Shown here piece after piece: positions 51,411 through 64,000 of a stretch of DNA of 64,000 nt. The DNA comes from Eledone cirrhosa (taxonomy: Eukaryota): assembly GCA_964016885.1 (NCBI GenBank), contig OZ024740.1, positions 202,306,001-202,370,000 of the forward strand, written 5' to 3'. The notes under the pieces were generated by a model. It searched no databases. It worked only from the letters and a program-made list of their open reading frames with translations, and had not been told where the DNA came from. How positions within the stretch are numbered: position 1 is the first letter of the stretch; the number at the start of each line of letters is the position of its first letter. Made by a program: the position numbers and the translations under genes.

Positions 51411-53372
51411 GTGTTGTTGTTGTCTCCTTTTGTGTGTGTTATTAGCACAGAAATCACAGAAATAAGGGAAAGCAATAGGATTAAAAGGAGAAGGGAGACT
51501 AAGGACAAAGAAAATAACCAAGATGAACACACAGACACACAAAATAGGGTAGATAACAACAATGAGCCAGTGGAAAGAGACAGGAGTAATTATGAGAGAC
51601 ATAGAAACAACCATGAGGCTGTTGGTGGAAATAGAAATAGAAACAACACAACTAACAATAACAATAGCACTAGTACACATAAAGCAGCAGCCTGGAACTC
51701 TACGTTTTATAATCCCTCCGATAAATCGTTCGACCTGGGACGAGTCCACGCCACGACTCTACCATTGAACAAACGCACGCAATTGCCGTCGCAGGTCGAT
51801 GAACAAACAGAAGCACAATTTAGTATAGCTAGATCCGAACTTAGAAATATTATAGAACAGTATAGCAAGAAGCATAATAGAATGGAGGCCCAGCAACTGG
51901 GAGAAAAATCTGCAAATGGCTTGCGTAAGCTCATGCAGCGCTCGCGTAATGGAGAGATAGCATGCTTTCCAACAGACAAGTCTGGCAGAATGTCGGTTGA
52001 CAGCCTGCCAAACTACATCCAGGCAATGCAACCCCTCATCACTAACACAAGAGAGGTAACACCACAGGAGCATGAGGATAGAGAAAAAGCCCTCAATGCC
52101 CATATGGTGATGTGGACGAATATAATGCAGCCCAACAAAAGGACTGCCAACAACTTCCAGGCCTGGAACAATGATGTGCCGGCGTTGTATGGGCTTCGAA
52201 AAGACCATAAAACAGGCAGTGACCCTGTCGCGGGACCACCAACACGGCCAGTCTGTGGAGCTAACATTGCTAGTAACTACAGACTGTCCTACTTCCTCTC
52301 CCTGATCATACACCCCATCATTGAAATTTCCCCAGATGTATGTGACAGCACGGAGGACCTCCTCAGCAGAATCGGCGTGGGTAACCGATCTAGGGACCTA
52401 ACAAACTGCATAATAGGTAGTATGGATGTTGTGTCCCTGTATCCATCTATTGACGTGGATTTTGCTGTGGAGAAATGCGTAGAAATGATCAGTGAGAGCA
52501 ATGTTGAGTTCCGTGGGATTGATACCAGTGAGCTGGGACTCCTACTTAAACTTAACTATAGTAATAATTACCTAGACACATATGACCTTAGCAACCTGTT
52601 CCCTACAAGACCAGCAAGAGGCAGACCACCTACCATTACCTCAATGGCCAAGAAAACCCACACAGATAGATGGAACGGGTGGACCAGAGCCATACGGACA
52701 CCCGAAAACGACGATGAACTGAAGAAAATGATTGCACATGCGGTAGAGGCCAGCATAAAACTAACCCTTAAGGAACATATGTTCAAATTTAATGGAAAAA
52801 CATATGCCCAAGAGGAAGGAGCAGCCATTGGTGTTAGCATTGCAGGCGACATAGCTAACTTATTCATGGTATGGTGGGACAGTAGACTTAAACTTAAACT
52901 TAAAGAACAATTAGAAGACCCCTTAACCCTGATAATGTACTCCCGCTACGTTGATGATATAAACATCGTAGTTAAAACACTCCCACTAGAGAACAGTCAG
53001 GAATTAGAGAAGAACACAATGGAAAGCATCCAGCAAATAGCTAACTCCATCCACCAGAGCATTAGAGTTACTATAGACTACCCAAGTAAACACCCCAACC
53101 ATCGATTACCTGTACTAGACACAGAGCTCTGGTTAGATACCATTAATAACAAAAAACAAATCCTCCATTCCCATTATGCCAAACCCATGACTTCCAAACA
53201 TCTGATCCACCGAAACTCGGCCGTTTCGGACTATACCAAAATCAACATACTGATTGCAGATTTGGTACGGGTGATGAGAAATGTGTCCCGCATGTGCAAC
53301 CCAGAAGAACTAGAGACACATACAACATTTCATCCACCGTATGCAGTTCTCTGGCTACAATCAGAGAGATAA
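51411..53372 (+). pseudogene. PLE reverse transcriptase (frameshifted near 53315)
   Basis: 653-aa ORF with RT motifs; the reading continues in another frame as HIQHFIHRMQFSGY. Confidence 0.88.
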
Positions 53373-54075
53373 AATCAGAGTGTATAGAGGAGCCAGAACT
53401 AAATGGGAAAAAATGGTAAATAATGACATAAATGGGACCTGCCCCTTGTATAGGAGCAAATTTTGGAATAGAATAGAAAGAACTAGGAACAAGGCTAATA
53501 GAATAAACTCATGGTATGATAGCAATAAATACCAGAGTGTAATGTTCATCGATACAACCCCTAGAGGTGAATTAGCTTACAAATTTAGAAGGGCCCTAAA
53601 TAAACATAAACTCAATATTAAGATAGTAGAAAGACCAGGTACCTCCGTAAAAACACTTATTAGCAAGACATACCCTTTTCAAAGACCCTCATGTATAGAT
53701 AAGAAATGTATAACCTGTAAAATAAGCCCCCATATTAACTGTAAAACTAGAAATGCAGTGTATAGCATAAGATGTACTGAAGGACAATGTAGAGACAAAA
53801 ATATAGTGTACATAGGTGAGACAGCTCGTAGTGTAGGGGAACGGATAAATGAACACTGGCGAGACCTTCAAGATAGTAAAGAATCATCTGTACTCTACCA
53901 AAATGCTAAAATAGAACACAAGGGTAAATTAGAGAACATAGAAATAAAAATAGAATCTACACACAGAAAAGACGCAATGTTTAGACAAATTTCAGAGGCA
54001 ATAAACATAAAAGAATTACAACCAAAATTAAATAGAAAATATGAGTGGAACAGCAACATCACAACTTACAATTAA
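53341..54075 (+). pseudogene. PLE thumb/linker and GIY-YIG endonuclease
   Basis: CIDKKCITC...NCKTRNAVYSIRC...YIGETARSVGERINEH...RQISEAINI...LNRKYEW. Confidence 0.9.
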
Positions 54076-54273
54076 GGACAAAATGAAAACACACACACAT
54101 AGAACAAACAACCAACCAGTAACATGTAAATAAACAAATAAATAAATGAACATAAACACACACAGACACCTGGATGGGGCGCATGCGCAGACTGATCACA
54201 CAACACACACACAGAAACAAAATGGCATAGGACAGAACAAAGGAGAGGCACAGAAACAAAGAAAGGAATCCCC

Positions 54274-54318
54274 AGTCACTGAAGAGGTCACAGAGTGTGT
54301 GACGAAAGAACTATGACT
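54274..54318 (+). ncRNA. Minimal hammerhead motif at PLE 3' end
   Basis: agtca CTGAAGA g gtcac agagtgt gtgac GAAA gaac TA tgact. Confidence 0.72.
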
Positions 54319-54492
54319 ATATATAAACAACTATCTGGTTGTGGAACCAATCAACCAACCAGAAATTTATAAATTTATAGATTTATAAATTTATTATAAA
54401 TTTATTATAATAAATTGAAGTGAAAGCAACTAGTGCGTGTGTTTCTTATTGGCAACATGACCCTCCCAAAGTATAACAATATATATATATAT

Positions 54493-54524
<32 letters not shown>

Positions 54525-54665
54525 GTATATATATGTATATATATATGTATATGTGTATATGTATGTATATATATGTATATATGTATATGTATATATATGT
54601 ATGTGTATATATATGTATATATATGTATATATGTATATATGTATATATATATATATGTGTATATG

Positions 54666-54696
<31 letters not shown>

Positions 54697-55067
54697 GTGT
54701 ATATGTATATATGTATATGTTTATGTGTGTGTGTGTTTGTTTGTATGTATGAGTGTTGCTGTGTGCGCGTGTGTGTGTCGTACGTATAAGTGTCAATAAG
54801 TGATTTTTTTTTTTTTTTTTTTTTTTTTTGCGTGGGGACATAGAAATAATCGGGCTGGATGCCCGATCACGCAGTTAAACCACTGGGAGTGAAGAACCCC
54901 TAGCTCTTGTCAGGGCATTCTTCTAGGAGAAGGCATCTCGGGAAACTGGGTTAACTCCGACATAAAACCTGCGGCTCAGTAGTTACCGATGATGTTGATC
55001 TTTTCTTCTTTTCGGGTTATAGCTACTGTCGCTCAGAGAGTGTGATTGGCTCAGTGCACAGTCTTTC

Positions 55068-57752
55068 CTATTAGCGGCTAATAGTGGTATAAGCTCTCTG
55101 AACTTTTTCCATCCAGTTCTGACTCTAGCTACTGTACTTTCAGAGCACCCTCCCCCACTGCTGATTTTGTCACCCAGGTAACGGAAGCTGTCCACTATTT
55201 CTATAGAACCATCTGTGCAATGGTATGAGCTAGTATTCTGTGGGCACTTGCTGCTACTTATTGCACCAGAGCACCGGCCACATGTAAAATCTATGTTCTT
55301 AGTTAGCTTACCTGTGATCCCACTACATCTTTTATGTACCCATACTTTGCATTTGGGACATAAAATGGAGTTTCTACCTACGCCTTTCCTACACACTGAG
55401 CATGGCCATTTCCCGGAAGTGACCGCCGCCTTATTTTCTTTCCTACAAACTAGAACTTTAGTCTTAGCCAGGTTAATTTTAAGACCTTTTGATTCTAGGC
55501 TGTGCTTCCATGTTTGGAATTTCTTCTCTAGCTCGGCCATTGATTCAGCTATGAGCGTTAGATCATCTGTGTATAGGAGTTCCTATGGGCAGCCAGTCTT
55601 GAACTCCTCTGTTATAGCCTGAAGGGCAATAATAAATAGTAGGGCGCTAAGAACAGAGCCCTGATGGACACCATCTTTTACGCTAAACTCTTCACTATAT
55701 TCGTTGTTAATTCTAACCTTGCTGACAGTTTCTTTATACATGGCTTGTATAGCTCTCACAAGCCATTCGTCAACACCTAGTTTTCTAAGAGTCCACCAGA
55801 TAATGGAACGGGGGACTCTGTCGAAGGCTTTCTCCAAGTCGACAAAAGCTAAGTATAGGGGTTTACTTTTAGCTAGGTACTTCTCCTGTAGTTGTCGTAC
55901 AATGAAAAGAGCGTCTGTGGTACTTTTGCCTGACACAAACCCGAACTGCATTTCATCTAGATCAATTCTCTCTCTGATTAGTTGCGCTATTACTTTTTCC
56001 GTGACCTTCATGACCTGGTCGATTAATTTAATGCCTCTATAGTTACTCCTATCTAGGGCATCTCCTTTACCCTTATAACAGTTAATGATGATGCTGCTAC
56101 GCCAGTTCTTCGGAACAACCCCATTCTGTACGACTTGGTTTACTATCCAGGTGACCATGGTGTGTCCCACCATTCCAGATGCCTTCAGCATCTCAGCAAC
56201 TATTTCCGAAGGCCCAGCCGCCTTACCCGTCTTCATATCTTTGATTGCCTTACTTATTATATTACCCTCGACTAACACTGCTGGTCCCTCTATTGGGTCG
56301 ATGTGGGGGAGACTGTCTTTCTCCCATTTATTCTCCTCATTTAGTAGCCTTTCGTAGTGACACTTCCAAGCTACCTTCTTATCAGCATCGGTGATGGCAA
56401 GTACGCCTTCATCATTAAGTACACACTTCTCCCCGACAATATCACGGTTTTCCTTGACACATTGCCTAGCAATCCTGAACACCTCACGTTTTTGGTCCTC
56501 GCGTTGTAGAACATGCTTGAACTTTCTTTCCTCTGCTTCCCTCCTGGCCACTTGATAGTCTTCTCTACTTCCCCCATCCCTGCCATACTTTCCAAGCCTG
56601 CTTTTTGGCCTTAATTGACTCCTCCACCTTACTGTTCCACCACCATGTTACTCTCCTCCTGCCTACAGGCCTGCTCCAGCCACAGACTTCGTCTGCCGCC
56701 ATCAGCAGGTTTGCTTTCAGGAATTCCCACTGTTCCTCTATATTGTACGACTCTAAATGCTCTTCCTTACTGTCGAAAGCATCAAGTAATATGCTTTGAA
56801 ATTTATTTCTGGCTGTGGGGTCCTTTAGCTTCCATATTTTTCTCCTGAGGATAGTCCTCTTCTGCTGTCGGGTACGTCTCGTCCTGACTATGATGTCGCT
56901 AATTATCAGTCTATGTTGGGAGGTGCATTCTTCATGGGGGAGGGATTTAATGTTTACAACAGACACTCTGTCACGTCTTCTGGTAAGGATATAATCTACC
57001 TGGCTTGTGTGTTCCCCCGATCTATAGGTGATCAGGTGATTGTCTCATTTTTTGAAGTTGGTGTTACAGATAGTTAGGTTATTCGCGTCACAGAATTCCA
57101 GGATTCTGGAGCCTTCCTCATTTCTAGTACCAAACCCATAGCCTCCATGGATTCCGTCGTAGCCGTCACAATGTTGTCCAACGTGACCATTTAGGTCGCC
57201 TGCAATAATTATATAGTCACTGTCGGTTATTTGGGAGGTAGTGAGCATCAGTGTCTCATAGAATCTGTCTTTTATAGTGCCGGGCAGTCCGGATTGGGGT
57301 GCGTACGCAGATATTACTGTCACCGTAGTTCTATTGAGGACAAGTCTTATTTTAATTATTCTGTCGTTCACTCTATTTACGTCTATTATCTTATCTGCCC
57401 ACTTTTCTGCTACCATGATTCCTACTCCACCCAGCCCGTTGTCATTTCCCACCCAGAAAAGCTTATAGCATCGTTTTTTACCCACAATGAATCAAGCAGA
57501 CCCACCCATCCACCTGGTCTCTTGAATACAACAAACATCGACCTCCTTACGTTCAAGCATTTCTACAACCTCGTTAGAGCGACCCTTTAAGGTGCCTACA
57601 TTCATGGTACCAACTCTGAAGTTTTGGATTGGGTTTGTAGGGTGGGAGCGGTGGGGCGCGGGGGGAAATGGGGTTATGTTAGCCATCCGCGGCCGAAACA
57701 AAGAGGAGGAGTGCTCGCATTCTCGTCCACAAGGTGAATTTGTCTTTATCGT
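55068..57752 (-). mobile_element. RTE-clade LINE, inverted 5' portion (APE + RT)
   Basis: GTMNVGTL, CIQETRW, ISAYAPQ, GDLNGHVG, QVDYIL, SQHRL; RT NYRGIKL, QFGF, FVDLEKAFDRV, GVHQGSVLS. Several stops and frameshifts. Confidence 0.93.
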
Positions 57753-57768
57753 TGATATATATATATAT

Positions 57769-58626
57769 CTATTAGCTGCTAAAGGGTTCTCCCTAAAAAT
57801 GAAAGGCAGGCTGTATGATGCCTGCATACGAACAGAAATGTTGCATGGCAGTGAGACCTGGGCATTGTGTGCAGAGGATATACGCAGACTAGAGAGGAAC
57901 GAAGCTTGCATGCTCCGCTGGATGTGTAATAGTAATATACGTGAACGGCAAAGCATAAACGAACTAAGGGAAAAATTAGAAATAAGAGGGATCAGATGTT
58001 GTTTACTTGAGAGAAGGCTACGTTGGTATGGTCACGTGATGCGCATGAAAGACGACAGCTGTATAAAAAAGTGCAGGGCAATAAAGATAGACGGTAGCCA
58101 CGGAGTAGGCAGACCCAGAAAAACCTGGGACGAGCTGATAAATTCCGACCTCACACACTTACACCTCACCAAGACAATGTCACTGGACCGAGATCTTTGG
58201 CGGTACTAATTAATAGAGAAGACCCGCCTTACCTAAATACAAAGTAAAACCTACTACAGTCAGTAGGCATCTCCAACAAAATACACCCCCGTCCCACCAC
58301 CCCACTCCATCCACACCGCCCCTTTCAATGTAAAGTTATGTTGGTGCCACAACATCTAGGCCGAAACAAATGAGATCGTGTAGGTGTCACGACAAAAAAA
58401 ACACACAGTCCACACTGTAATGTGGCCATGTAGGCAACACGGTAAAAACCTCCCAGTCCCACACTGTAAATGTGGTTGGTGTTAGAAAGGGCATCCAGCT
58501 GTAGAAATCCCGCCAGACAGTCCTATGCGAGCAAGACAACCACTCTTGCCTCAAGTGGGAAAACTCCCGTCCAAACCCATGCAAGCGTGGAACATGGACG
58601 TTAAATGATGATGATGATGATGATGA
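57769..58626 (+). mobile_element. RTE-clade LINE, 3' portion of the same insertion
   Basis: Resumes at LLAAKGFSLKMK, where the inverted part stops; nearly identical to 32791-33646; (TGA)n tail. Confidence 0.93.
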
Positions 58627-58636
58627 TATATATATG

Positions 58637-58667
<31 letters not shown>

Positions 58668-58841
58668 GTATATATATGTATGTATATATATATATATGTA
58701 TATGTATATATATATATGTATATGTATATATATGTATATATATGTATATGTATATATATGTATATGTATATATATATATGTATATATATATGTATATATA
58801 TATGTATATATATGTATATGTGTATATATATATGTATATAT

Positions 58842-58875
<34 letters not shown>

Positions 58876-59814
58876 GTATATGTATATATATATATATGTA
58901 TATGTATATATATATATATGTATATGTATATATATATATGTATATATATATATGTATATATATATATGTATATATATATGTATATATATGTATATGTATA
59001 TATATATATGTATATATATATGTATATATATGTATATGTATATATATATATGTATATATATATGTATATATATGTATATGTATATATATATATGTATATA
59101 TATGTATATATATGTATATGTATATATATATATGTATATATATGTATATGTATATGTATATATATGTATATGTATATATATATATGTATATATATGTATA
59201 TGTATATATATGTATATATATATATGTATATATATGTATATGTATATATATGTATATATATATATGTATATGTATATATATGTATATATATATATGTATA
59301 TATGTATATATGTGTATATGTATATATGTATATATGTATATGTATATATGTATATGTATATATGTATATGTATATATGTATATATGTATATGTATATATG
59401 TATATGTATATATGTATATATATATATGTATATATATATATATGTATATATATGTATATATATGTATATATATGTATATGTATATATGTATATATGTATA
59501 TATATATATGTATATGTATATATGTATATATGTATATATGTATATGTATATATGTATATATATATATGTATATATATATATATGTATATATGTATATATA
59601 TATATGTATATATGTATATATATATATGTATATATATGTATATATATATATGTATATATATGTATATATATATATGTATATATATGTATATATATATATG
59701 TATATATATATATGTATATATATGTATATATGTATATATATGTATATATGTATATGTATATATGTATATATGTATATATGTATATATATATATGTATATA
59801 TATATATGTATATG

Positions 59815-59845
<31 letters not shown>

Positions 59846-59858
59846 GTATATATATATG

Positions 59859-59927
<69 letters not shown>

Positions 59928-60107
59928 GTATATATATATATGTATATGTATATATATATATATGTATATATATATATGTATATGTATATATATATATATG
60001 TATATATATATATGTATATGTATATATATATGTATATGTATATATATATGTATATGTATATGTATATATATGTATATATGTATATGTATATGTATATATA
60101 TGTATAT

Positions 60108-60163
<56 letters not shown>

Positions 60164-60205
60164 GTATATGTATATGTATATATATGTATATGTATATGTA
60201 TATAT

Positions 60206-60251
<46 letters not shown>

Positions 60252-60288
60252 GTATATATGTATATATATATATATATATGTATATGTA

Positions 60289-60360
<72 letters not shown>

Positions 60361-61133
60361 TATATATATATATATGTCTATATATATATATATGTCTATG
60401 TATATATATATATATATATATATGTCTATGTATATATATATGTCTATGTATATATATATGTATATATATATGTATATATATATGTATATATATATGTATG
60501 TGTATATATATGTATATATATATATATGTATATATATATGTATATATATATATATGTGTATATATATGTATATATATATATATGTATATATATATGTATA
60601 TATATATATGTATATATATATATATGTATATGTATATATGTATATGTATATATATATATGTATATATGTATATATATATATGTATATGTATATATATGTA
60701 TATATATATGTATATATATATGTATATATATATATGTATATGTATATATATGTATATATATATGTATATATATATATGTATATATGTATGTATATATATA
60801 TGTATATATATATATATGTATATATGTATATGTGTATATATATATGTATATATATATATATGTATATGTGTATATATATATGTATATATATATGTATATG
60901 TGTATATATATATGTATATATATATATATGTATATGTGTATATATATATGTATATATATGTATATGTATATATATATATGTATATATATATGTATATATA
61001 TGTATATGTATATATGTATATGTATATATATGTATATATATATATATATGTATATGTATATATATGTATATATATATATATATGTATATGTATATATATG
61101 TATATATATCTATATGTATATGTATATATGTGT

Positions 61134-61166
<33 letters not shown>

Positions 61167-61668
61167 TATATATGTATATATATATATATGTATATATGTA
61201 TATGTATATATGTGTATATGTATATGTGTATATGTATATATGTATATGTATATATGTATATATATATATGTATATATATATATATGTATATATATATATG
61301 TATATATATATATATGTATATGTATATATGTATATATATATATGTATATATGTATATATATATATGTATATATATGTATATATATATATGTATATATATG
61401 TATATATATATATGTATATATATGTATATATATATATGTATATATATGTATGTATATATATGTATATATATATATGTATATATATGTATATATATATATG
61501 TATATATATGTATATATGTATATATATATATGTACATATATATATGTATATATATATGTATATATATATATGTATATATATATGTATATATATATATGTA
61601 TATATATATGTATATATATATATGTATATATATGTATATATATATATGTATATATATGTATATATATG

Positions 61669-61699
<31 letters not shown>

Positions 61700-61848
61700 G
61701 TATATGTATATATATATGTATATATATATGTATATATATATGTATATATATGTATATATATGTATATGTATATATATATGTATATATATGTATATGTATA
61801 TATATATGTATATATATGTATATATATATATATGTATATATATATATG

Positions 61849-61897
<49 letters not shown>

Positions 61898-62128
61898 GTA
61901 TATATGTATATATATATATATATGTATATATATATGTATATATATGTATGTATATATATGTATATATATATATGTATATATATATATGTATGTATATATA
62001 TGTATATATATGTATGTATATATATGTATATATATGTATATATATGTATATATATGTATATATATGTATGTATATATATGTATATATATGTATGTATATA
62101 TATGTATATATATGTATGTATATATATG

Positions 62129-62165
<37 letters not shown>

Positions 62166-62461
62166 GTATATATATATATGTATGTATATATATGTATATA
62201 TGTATATATATATATGTATGTATATATATGTATATATGTATATATATATATGTATGTATATATATGTATATATGTATATATATATATGTATGTATATATA
62301 TGTATATATGTATATATATATATGTATGTATATATATGTATATATGTATATATATATATGTATGTATATATATGTATATATGTATATATATATATGTATG
62401 TATATATGTATATATATATGTATGTATATATGTATATATATATATGTATGTATATATATGT

Positions 62462-62515
<54 letters not shown>

Positions 62516-62516
62516 G

Positions 62517-62555
<39 letters not shown>

Positions 62556-62613
62556 GTATATATATATATGTATATATATATATGTATGTATATATATGTA
62601 TATATATATATGT

Positions 62614-62653
<40 letters not shown>

Positions 62654-62655
62654 GT

Positions 62656-62695
<40 letters not shown>

Positions 62696-63080
62696 GTATA
62701 TATATATATGTATGTATATATATGTATATATATATATGTATGTATATATATGTATATATATATATGTATATATATATATGTATATATGTATATGTATATA
62801 TATATATGTATATATATATATGTATATATATGTATATATATATGTATATATATATATATATATGTATGTATATATATGTATATATATATATGTATATGTA
62901 TATATGTATATATATGTATATATATATGTATATGTATATATATGTATATGTATATATATGTATATGTATATATTTATATGTGTATATATATATGTATATG
63001 TATATATATGTATATGTATATATATGTATATGTATATATTTATATGTGTATATATATATACATATATATATTTATGTATA
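58627..63080. repeat. (TA)n/(TATG)n microsatellite, about 4.4 kb
   Basis: Direct reading; source of the long low-complexity ORFs. Confidence 0.98.
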
Positions 63081-63082
63081 TA

Positions 63083-63863
63083 CGTGGGAAAGTGAAAAAT
63101 CGGAGAATAGACCGTTAAAACATGTTTATTGAAAATATCACCTACGTACGTTTCGCCCAGTTGGGCTTCTCAAGGGCATAAACAGTCACAAGTGTTCCTT
63201 ATATAGTTTGGAAAGAGATTTGGGGGTTAAATCGACATCAAGATTCATCGCTCGCAAAAATATCTTGTTTTGATTTTGCAGCAGGTCAAGGGAGGTAACT
63301 TTGGCCGGTGTTAGGGCAGTCTTTCCCGGATAATTTTTGGTATGCAGGGATCTTTTTCTGGGTGTTGTTTTGCTGCGCCTGCCCGCCGGGGTGTTAAGAC
63401 TTGTTGCAGGGAGATCCAGTGTGTTATTTCACTCTCCATTCTTAACCCATCTAAAGAAGGATATTTTTAAGCGATGTGTACAACTTATCGCTGTTTCAGC
63501 TCTGCTGTTGATGAGCTCGTGGGGTGCAGTTATGATGTGGTAGAGCTCCATGAGGCAAAGATCGCATTTCCTCTTGAAGTTGTACGGTGCAGCCCTGTCG
63601 ACAATCTCCCAGTGCGTGGAGAAGCTAATGTTTAAGTCCTTTAGTGATGTGATGTAGTCCGCGAGCGAGGTGGAGTGCCTTAGTTTTCTATTTGTGAAAG
63701 AGTGGAGATGTGTTCGAAACCTAATTTTGAACGGGCCGGAGGTGGCCCCTATATAATGTTTAACGCTATTGTGGCTAGTAATAGTGCATCTATATATAAC
63801 CCTATCGGTCAAGCAGTATCCTCTAAGGGGGCACCGTCCTCTGTCGAGGCAGTTGCAATTTCT
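63083..63863 (-). mobile_element. 5'-truncated Penelope-like element (GIY-YIG end + 3' hammerhead)
   Basis: [25 protein letters not shown]...[17 protein letters not shown]...CDLCLME...LINSRAE. Variant hammerhead at 63141-63176. Embedded in TA microsatellite. Confidence 0.88.
63141..63176 (-). ncRNA. Minimal hammerhead with U3-A8 variant core at PLE 3' end
   Basis: Minus strand: (c)cc TTGAGAA gccc aact gggc GAAA cgtacg TA gg; stem I is short. Confidence 0.62.
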
Positions 63864-63916
63864 GTATATATATATATGTATGTATATATATGTGTATATA
63901 TGTATATATATAAGTA

Positions 63917-63982
<66 letters not shown>

Positions 63983-64000
63983 TATATATATATATATATA

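Larger units (their letters stand above)
51126..54478 (+). mobile_element. Penelope-like retroelement (RT + C-terminal GIY-YIG), near intact, flanked by (TA)n
   Basis: ORF 51411-53372 has PLE RT motifs (PTDKSG, LYGLRKDHK, TRPVCG, SMDVVSLYPSI, GAAIG, RYVDD). ORF 53341-54075 has CxxxxCxxC and VY...YIGETARS..ER.NEH. 3' hammerhead at 54274. TA tracts on both sides. Confidence 0.93.

Noticed and set aside
53341-54300. Selenocysteine recoding / SECIS in the PLE
   Set aside because: Cys positions are ordinary TGY codons and no SECIS-like stem was evident.
58551-63132. ORFs of 592-1496 aa
   Set aside because: Translations of TA/TATG microsatellite lacking stop codons; not genes.
49038-64000. HSL exon with the catalytic GDSAG serine
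   Set aside because: Not found; presumably beyond the window end, so there is no basis for calling the gene truncated.

Overview
AT-rich, repeat-dense animal genomic DNA, very probably octopus/cephalopod (inferred from tRNA-derived SINEs with a Deu/Nin-like core, RTE LINEs with (TGA)n tails and huge TA/TATG microsatellites). The one host gene I can support is a hormone-sensitive lipase (HSL/LIPE). Six + strand coding exons (12468-49037) splice in frame through canonical AG/GT sites. The catalytic GDSAG exon and the start codon were not found in the window. The introns and flanks hold a decayed Ty3/Gypsy element with both LTRs and a 5-bp TSD, a near-intact Penelope-like element (PLE), two PLE GIY-YIG 3' fragments, several RTE LINEs, two CRE-like relics, piggyBac-type MITEs, SINEs and minisatellites. 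Two observations stand out. (1) About a dozen minimal hammerhead-ribozyme motifs sit in PLE 3' ends and in short fold-back cassettes nested in (TA)n tracts; three different families carry a compensatory U3-A8 core instead of C3-G8. (2) An unannotated-looking in-frame 111-nt cassette exon in the 23.6-kb HSL intron encodes a perilipin-like 11-mer amphipathic helix. All calls were made by eye, with no database searches.
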